Both the position numbers and the translations under genes were made by a program. The notes beneath the pieces were generated by a model. It made no database searches. It had not been told where the DNA came from and was given only the letters and a program-made list of their open reading frames with translations. Shown here in pieces: positions 58,227-64,000 of a DNA stretch of 64,000 nucleotides (position 1 is its first letter; each line of letters begins with the position of its first letter). The stretch lies in IMG/VR virus record IMGVR_UViG_3300027710_000011, positions 124,001 through 188,000 of that record. One strand, 5' to 3'.

Positions 58227-60239
58227 TTACATCTGACGACTGCCGTACTGAGTTACTTCGCGTGGCATGATGAGGCCATCGAAGATATGCTCAAAGCGGT
58301 TAGGCAACAGATACGTTGCGGGGTTTGTGATGATTTCACCATGACGCTCGTAAGCCATACGAGGAGCCAGATTACGGTAGTCCATGGTCAGACGCATAAC
58401 GCCCATACCTTGTTTGCCCCACGGTTTCGGGAGCGCGTAATCGTTCTCTTCGGCGGACACGATCATTGCTGCGTACAACACGACTTCCAGGATCGCCAGG
58501 TTCACGTTCAGCTTTTCGTTCACCAAAGTAAACAGATCAACTAGCAGTGATGCCGGGGACATGAAGTTATCGCGCTTTTCCGTATCCTCCACGCACGACT
58601 CGATCATGACGGCAATCTCTCGAGAGTGATCGCTCATGTTGAATGTGCGCAGCGGCAGGGTAAGAATCGATTTCTCGAAATCCCAACCATCCATATCGAT
58701 CACTACGTTGCCGTGTTGATCGTACGTCCATTTCTTCTCGCGGACATGCCGAAGCATATCGTGAGTGAAAGATGACAAGCGACGCTTTTCATTGACCTGG
58801 ATTTCCTGGTCATAGATCATTTTGTCGGTGGTCACTTGGACGCTGATAGCTTTGATCTCGGTAACTCGAGGCGTCTGCAACTTCAGGATGTCATCGATCT
58901 CCAAGACATCGGTCAGGTTCTTCACTTCTGAAGCCTTCACAATTATGGAAATCTTATTCCCCTTCAAACGATCAGAGAGTTTATAGGAATTTCCACCTCC
59001 GACCACTTGCAGGAACTTCTGATCTTCTTGGGTCAAGATGGCTGGCTCAACCGTAGCTGTGCCATCCAAGTGCTTGACCGACAGCACTGCTTGCGACGAT
59101 TGCTGCGTGACGTACGTAGCGCACAACTGGCCCAGATTGGTATTGTCCGGGATGGAATCCGAGATCTTGCCGAAGCAAACACGACACACACCGGATGGAT
59201 CTGGGTGGAAACAGTTGAACACCGAACGCATGTTGATCTTGCGACCAACCAAGTGCGTGTCTGTTTCTTTGACCGTCTTCAGCACGCCGTCGTCGTCCAT
59301 GTAGTTCTTGCCGACGATCTGGCTCAAGTCACCCTCATAGGTGACCTCGCCATCAACAACTTCGCGACCACGAACGTACCAGCCCAAGTACTTGGTTGAA
59401 CCACAATCTTCGTGATGCAACGTTTCCACAGCCTGCGAGACGAACTGCAAACGACGTGAGAAGTACTCAGCGGTCTGCAACGGTTCTTTCGCGAACTCCA
59501 TCGACTTGGACGCTGACCGTGATTCGATCATGTTGTCGTGGATGGAACGGATGCCGTGAATGTAGCCTGACAGGATCGGATGAGCGAACCGGTCCGAGTT
59601 GGTATCTGTCAGGAAGCCACGCGGCCCCAAGCACTGGTGAAGCTGTTTCTCACTGATCAAGTTAGACCGGATCATCTTGGAGATAGGCGACAACAACATC
59701 TCAGGCGTGTCCCGCAGGACGCTAGAGATGGTGCTGTAAGCACCTGTGATCGAAGCTTCTGTGGGTTCCAGCCTGGATTCCATCTCGACCATCGCAGGAG
59801 TTTGCAAGACCTTGATGAAATCCACGACATCCAGGGAGATCACGTATTCTTCCAACCGATACGACATGTCGTTGTACATCATGTTCGTCACTTCGTACGC
59901 CATCTTGGCCATATCGAAGCGAAGTTGACGACGCTCTTGCTCGCTAGGTATCAGCTCACAATGGTAGTCGTACACGTCCCACAACACTGTTTTGATCAGG
60001 CTGAGGTGCGTGCTCGGCGACACACGGCGACCGTTCAACATCTTCTTCAGATGGTGCGACATCTTGATCGGAGCGCCGGGATACGCACGGTGGAACTCCC
60101 ACGCATAGCGAGAGTACAACGTGGTCTTTTCATTGACTTCGTAATCACCATCATCAAAACGAATGGTGAACACTCCGGTCAACGTATCCCAGCATTCTTC
60201 GATGGGAAGGTTAACGATGTTTCTTGCCGGGATGATCAT
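58227..60239 (-). CDS. non-virion RNA polymerase beta' subunit, C-terminal part (phiKZ gp74-like)
   Basis: QCLGPRGFLTD, ESRSA, EYFSRRLQ, DCGS, RS...C.......C..CFG, QAVLSVKH. Confidence 0.88.
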   Translation of the reverse strand: MIIPARNIVNLPIEECWDTLTGVFTIRFDDGDYEVNEKTTLYSRYAWEFHRAYPGAPIKMSHHLKKMLNGRRVSPSTHLSLIKTVLWDVYDYHCELIPSEQERRQLRFDMAKMAYEVTNMMYNDMSYRLEEYVISLDVVDFIKVLQTPAMVEMESRLEPTEASITGAYSTISSVLRDTPEMLLSPISKMIRSNLISEKQLHQCLGPRGFLTDTNSDRFAHPILSGYIHGIRSIHDNMIESRSASKSMEFAKEPLQTAEYFSRRLQFVSQAVETLHHEDCGSTKYLGWYVRGREVVDGEVTYEGDLSQIVGKNYMDDDGVLKTVKETDTHLVGRKINMRSVFNCFHPDPSGVCRVCFGKISDSIPDNTNLGQLCATYVTQQSSQAVLSVKHLDGTATVEPAILTQEDQKFLQVVGGGNSYKLSDRLKGNKISIIVKASEVKNLTDVLEIDDILKLQTPRVTEIKAISVQVTTDKMIYDQEIQVNEKRRLSSFTHDMLRHVREKKWTYDQHGNVVIDMDGWDFEKSILTLPLRTFNMSDHSREIAVMIESCVEDTEKRDNFMSPASLLVDLFTLVNEKLNVNLAILEVVLYAAMIVSAEENDYALPKPWGKQGMGVMRLTMDYRNLAPRMAYERHGEIITNPATYLLPNRFEHIFDGLIMPREVTQYGSRQM

Positions 60240-62386
60240 TTGTCTTCAGTCTCCATCTGGTTACCAGCAGAGCCGGCGACGTAGGGTTTGTACATGAACT
60301 TCCATCCACCGCACAAGGCCAAGTGTTTGACCAACTGCAGAGGACGCGCGTTGCCCAGCGGAATTTCATTGCGATCCACAGCACACGCAATATCTGTTGG
60401 CTTATCAGCCAGCAAAACACTGCGAACAATCGAGCGGTGAGTCGGGATGTTGTTGTTGCGATCCAGAATCTCTGCCGTTGGCAAAGGTCCGATCGTAGAC
60501 AGCAAGATTCGAACTTCCGCATCGCCGAAAGCACGGATGGCTTGATTCCGTGTTGGCGACGTGTACTTATCACGGCTGGTGATTGGTGCAAGGACGCCGA
60601 AGTTCTGGAACTTGCCGGAAGACACAGCAGTCCAGTCATCACCAGTCTTTTCCAGAATGATGATGTACATCGAACCAATTCGTACAGGGTTCTTGGTCGT
60701 GCGACGGATGCCGGAGTTGCCGACATACGAGACAGGGCCGTAAACCGTCTTGAATTCGTTCTCGAGTTGCGCAATCACATCTGGACCATACGCTTGGTTG
60801 TCTGGCGGATGATGGATGCGGTTGACACCTTCCTCGATGATTTCTTTCAGATGGTATTCGAACGGCTGTTTGTACGTGCCGTCAATGAACCACTGATGTA
60901 CGTGCGGTATCACGATCTCGTACCAGCGCAGCAGACGATCTTTCACCGTTTGCATGTTTGCGTGCGTACGAAGGTATTCTTGATTGATTGGACCGCTGTC
61001 TGGCTTGATTCCAAAAGCATTCCGAATCTCAACCAAGAGATCGCGTTTACTTGCGTTCAAATACAACTCGTACAGACCGCCAAGATTCTGGCGTGCAAAA
61101 CGAGCGTTCGGATCCATGATCAGGTCAGCACGATTGCCGGCAGAATCCACCGGCATCTCATCATCTTCAGCAATGTGACAGATCACACCCTTACCGCCGT
61201 ACTGATCGGTGAGCTTGAAGCCGATGTTTGGCGTGATGTCGTATTCGATCACGAATTCCATGCGCCAGTCGTCCAGCGGAATACCGCGGTACGTCTTCGT
61301 CACGCGATCTGAGGATTCGCTTTCACCAGTTCCCTTAAAACCAAGAACGGTGTAAGCTTCCCTGACCAACGTGTGGAATTCTTCGCTGAGCGAAAGCGAG
61401 TCGCCACGATTGCGCTTGAAAATCTCGTACTCCGTGATGATTTCACGGTAGTAACGACGGCTTGCTTCGTTGTACTTGGCAGCCTGAACTTCCATGCCGA
61501 TTGGTGTTGTCGGCACCGAAGACTCAGCGTCGTGCATCACACGGATGTCGATGATTTTGCCGCCGGCAGACGTGTACGTGCTGCGATCAAAGACGTGATC
61601 CAGATGACGTGTCGAGTTGACAGTGATTTCGACGGGTTCGAAATCTTCATCGTAGCTGCGCAAAGACATCAGCACACCGTCGGGCGCGACGTATTCACCG
61701 ATGTCTGGGAAAGCCTTGTAGACCTTGTCTGTACCGTATTTGTTCAGCGGATAGAACTTCGATCCCCACTCAACGATACGACGCTCGTAGGTTTTGAACG
61801 AGAACTGCTTCAACAAACTACGACTAACGACAATACCGTCTTCAGCAACGCCTGGTACTGACATGAGTGCGATGTTGCACTCACGGCCGTACATGTAGTT
61901 ACCGTGCTTGCCAATAGCTGGCGAAGATTGCAGCACAGTTCCTGCGGCAATAGAAGCGCCGACACTAACTTTACTGCGATCTGTTGTGTTCTTGAACGCA
62001 AAGCCGAAATACGGATGATTGCTGTGGAAATCCACGAGCGAAATGCAGCCGATCTCTTTGGTATGCGCATTTTCGTAGATAACGAGTGTTTCCGGGTTAT
62101 GGCTAATACCGGAATCAAGCGTTTGACGATAACGAGGGATGATGCGGATGATGTCTGCATCGACCGGCATGGTTTTCGAGAAGGTGTACTTACCGTACTC
62201 CTGCTCCATGCCGCTTTGAATGCTCTTCTCGGTTGAGCCACTGATCACCAGAGCTTGGCTGATGTGGCTGGAGAACATTTGCTTTCGCGACGCACTGTTG
62301 TAAATGTCGAAGCTTGTCAACCCGAGGACGGTTGTGAGCTTTTGCGAGAGCTGGTTGGGTTTTCGGATATGCGGGTTTGTCATCAA
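60236..62386 (-). CDS. non-virion RNA polymerase beta subunit, C-terminal part (phiKZ gp71/73-like)
   Basis: SASRKQM, EDGIVVS, GFKLTDQYGGKGVI, ADLIMDP, RQNLG, R.FG..E. Confidence 0.9.
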   Translation of the reverse strand: MMTNPHIRKPNQLSQKLTTVLGLTSFDIYNSASRKQMFSSHISQALVISGSTEKSIQSGMEQEYGKYTFSKTMPVDADIIRIIPRYRQTLDSGISHNPETLVIYENAHTKEIGCISLVDFHSNHPYFGFAFKNTTDRSKVSVGASIAAGTVLQSSPAIGKHGNYMYGRECNIALMSVPGVAEDGIVVSRSLLKQFSFKTYERRIVEWGSKFYPLNKYGTDKVYKAFPDIGEYVAPDGVLMSLRSYDEDFEPVEITVNSTRHLDHVFDRSTYTSAGGKIIDIRVMHDAESSVPTTPIGMEVQAAKYNEASRRYYREIITEYEIFKRNRGDSLSLSEEFHTLVREAYTVLGFKGTGESESSDRVTKTYRGIPLDDWRMEFVIEYDITPNIGFKLTDQYGGKGVICHIAEDDEMPVDSAGNRADLIMDPNARFARQNLGGLYELYLNASKRDLLVEIRNAFGIKPDSGPINQEYLRTHANMQTVKDRLLRWYEIVIPHVHQWFIDGTYKQPFEYHLKEIIEEGVNRIHHPPDNQAYGPDVIAQLENEFKTVYGPVSYVGNSGIRRTTKNPVRIGSMYIIILEKTGDDWTAVSSGKFQNFGVLAPITSRDKYTSPTRNQAIRAFGDAEVRILLSTIGPLPTAEILDRNNNIPTHRSIVRSVLLADKPTDIACAVDRNEIPLGNARPLQLVKHLALCGGWKFMYKPYVAGSAGNQMETEDK

Positions 62387-62458
62387 TTGTCCTCTTTTTT
62401 GATGTACTACACGGGCTATTTGTCTTGCAAGGTCTTTTGTATGATTGTCACACCCTTA

Positions 62459-62475
62459 GTGATATGTGACTGAAA
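62459..62475 (-). promoter_or_regulatory. putative early promoter of the nvRNAP operon (TTTCAGTCACATATCAC)
   Basis: Recurrent motif, about 75 nt upstream of the beta-subunit start. Confidence 0.65.
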
Positions 62476-62502
62476 CAACTTAGAACTTAGCGAGGTTTCT
62501 CA

Positions 62503-62847
62503 ATGGCAGCAATAGACGGACTCATGGTGTCGGATGGTGCCGACATCTATTACACCCAAGCTTTCCATAACGTGTTGGAAGACCACATGACTTATTTACG
62601 TGGTTTGAAGTCAACAACTAGACAAGAGGTTGACCCTATCGACGTTGTTCGTTACCAAGCCGATTTGTTTGGCTTGCTAGGGAAGTTTGGGATTAAGCCC
62701 GAGCTTCACTGGACTGTGATGCGTATGTCCAACATTGTGTCACCTGCCAAGGTTCCTGAAGATTTGTCTCACATCCTGGTTCCGGATGAGATGGAGATTA
62801 ACCGACTGAAACAAACAGTCGTGACGACCTCTAAAATCCAAAAGTAA
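62503..62847 (+). CDS. conserved small protein (gp70-like)
   Basis: GAGG SD; YY...F..VLEDH..YL, Y.ADL.GLL, HW..MR. Confidence 0.7.
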   Translation: MAAIDGLMVSDGADIYYTQAFHNVLEDHMTYLRGLKSTTRQEVDPIDVVRYQADLFGLLGKFGIKPELHWTVMRMSNIVSPAKVPEDLSHILVPDEMEINRLKQTVVTTSKIQK

Positions 62848-62858
62848 AAGCAAGACTA

Positions 62859-62889
62859 AAAGGGGTCCCGTGAAGGACCCCTTTTATGA
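62859..62889. terminator. bidirectional terminator
   Basis: AAAAGGGGTCC-CGTGAA-GGACCCCTTTTATG. Confidence 0.8.
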
Positions 62890-62895
62890 CGTCAC

Positions 62896-64000
62896 TTAGA
62901 TGCCGGCAAAGCCGCCACCGTTGTTGCCGTTGTTCCCATAGCCGTTGCTATAACCAGGACCGCCGGAACGACCCCAGATCGGAACATGCGGAGGACGTTG
63001 TTGCGGCTGCAATTGCTGACCAGCGAAGGGATGAGCGCCGTAGCCGTAACCCATCTGCTGAACCGGTTCAACGTAGTTCGGCAAGAACTTGTTCAGGCTT
63101 TGCCCAATAACGCCAGGCGTCGCACCGACACGAGCCATACCTGCGTTTTGCTGGATGGGCTGTTGCACGGTCAACGGTGCGTTGTGAACCACATTAGCCG
63201 GCATCCCATAAGCAGGACGCTGAACAACGGGTTGCGGACGCGCTGGAGCTGTAGGACGTGGGCCAAAGATCGTGTCGTTGCTGCGATCTTCAGCAACAGC
63301 CGGAGCTTCGACTTGCTTGACAGTTGCGGGAGCTTGGCTTGTTGACAAGGTATTCTCGCCATCCCAAGGCGCTTGGTTCAGCGCTGGTTTGACGATACTG
63401 CCAGGAACTTCGATCTTCGGCCGATCCGAACCAGGCAGCTTGCCTTCATTGCCGGGCTGAGCTGGGACCAGGTTGATCTTCGCTTGAATCGCAGACAGGT
63501 TCTCGAAGGTGCTGACCCAATCCATCGGGTATTGCATGGAATCACGATCAGGGATCACCGTCTCGCCGAACAGCTCGGTCATTTCGTTCACCAAACCACC
63601 CAGCGAACGAGTAGCTTGCATCACGGCATCCAACGTTGGAGCAACTGTGGAGTCGCTGCCGCGGTTGTAATGACCAGCAATGGCGATGTTCGGCACCATG
63701 TACTCGACCAACTTGATCAAGCATTCACGATGCGCCTTCTTCACGCGGACGCCGTAGATCATGTTGGGCTGACCAGTTGCTGGACGCTTCAACAGCTCTT
63801 CGTAGAACGGGAATGACACAACGGCCAAGCGCTGCACAGTGCGTCCACCAATCTCGCCGCCGCGTTTGATGAAGAAACGCATGAAGCATTTCCCATCTTG
63901 GCTGACCGACATTGCTTCCAGGATTTTCGAGTAGGCTTCGACGATGTCTTCGTCGATATCCTTCAGGTTATCCATGAACAACGTTTGGTCAGGCGTCAGA
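62896..64000 (-). CDS. probable phage-nucleus protein import factor PicA/Imp1 (phiKZ gp69-like), 5'-truncated by the window
   Basis: Frame is open to the window end (LTPDQTLFM...); IKRGG...R.AVVSFP, GS.S..AP, P...GNEG; position next to gp70-like and the nvRNAP beta gene; disordered Q/P/G/N tail. Confidence 0.55.
   Translation of the reverse strand, partial: LTPDQTLFMDNLKDIDEDIVEAYSKILEAMSVSQDGKCFMRFFIKRGGEIGGRTVQRLAVVSFPFYEELLKRPATGQPNMIYGVRVKKAHRECLIKLVEYMVPNIAIAGHYNRGSDSTVAPTLDAVMQATRSLGGLVNEMTELFGETVIPDRDSMQYPMDWVSTFENLSAIQAKINLVPAQPGNEGKLPGSDRPKIEVPGSIVKPALNQAPWDGENTLSTSQAPATVKQVEAPAVAEDRSNDTIFGPRPTAPARPQPVVQRPAYGMPANVVHNAPLTVQQPIQQNAGMARVGATPGVIGQSLNKFLPNYVEPVQQMGYGYGAHPFAGQQLQPQQRPPHVPIWGRSGGPGYSNGYGNNGNNGGGFAGI

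Noticed and set aside
58227-62386. Possible introns or inteins in the RNAP, helicase or ligase genes
   Set aside because: The ORFs are continuous, of expected size, with no intein (C...HN-C/S/T) or embedded endonuclease signature seen

Overview
This window is a 64-kb segment of a phiKZ-like (Chimalliviridae-type, probably nucleus-forming) jumbo phage genome, mostly coded on the minus strand. Left to right it holds: accessory genes; an NAD+-dependent DNA ligase; a nucleotide-metabolism cluster (Nudix, ThyX, MazG-like, thymidylate kinase) with a histone-H1-like protein; a candidate early operon of small membrane proteins separated by structured spacers; two free-standing HNH endonucleases; a long virion block (baseplate/neck-like genes and at least 8 internal-head proteins with A/G/S-x-E protease sites); one part of a split family-B DNA polymerase; a gene pair with a candidate programmed -1 frameshift; a virion RNA polymerase beta' subunit; a DUF3380 endolysin; an SF2 helicase; two non-virion RNAP subunits; and a truncated probable PicA/Imp1 nuclear-import gene. 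phiKZ gp numbers come from recalled motifs and synteny, not from database searches. Best leads: the -1 frameshift at ~49405; the early membrane-protein operon with degron-like C-termini and long-range RNA pairing; the modular head proteins, one carrying a cleavable zincin domain; and a ~270-nt candidate ncRNA at 48170-48450.
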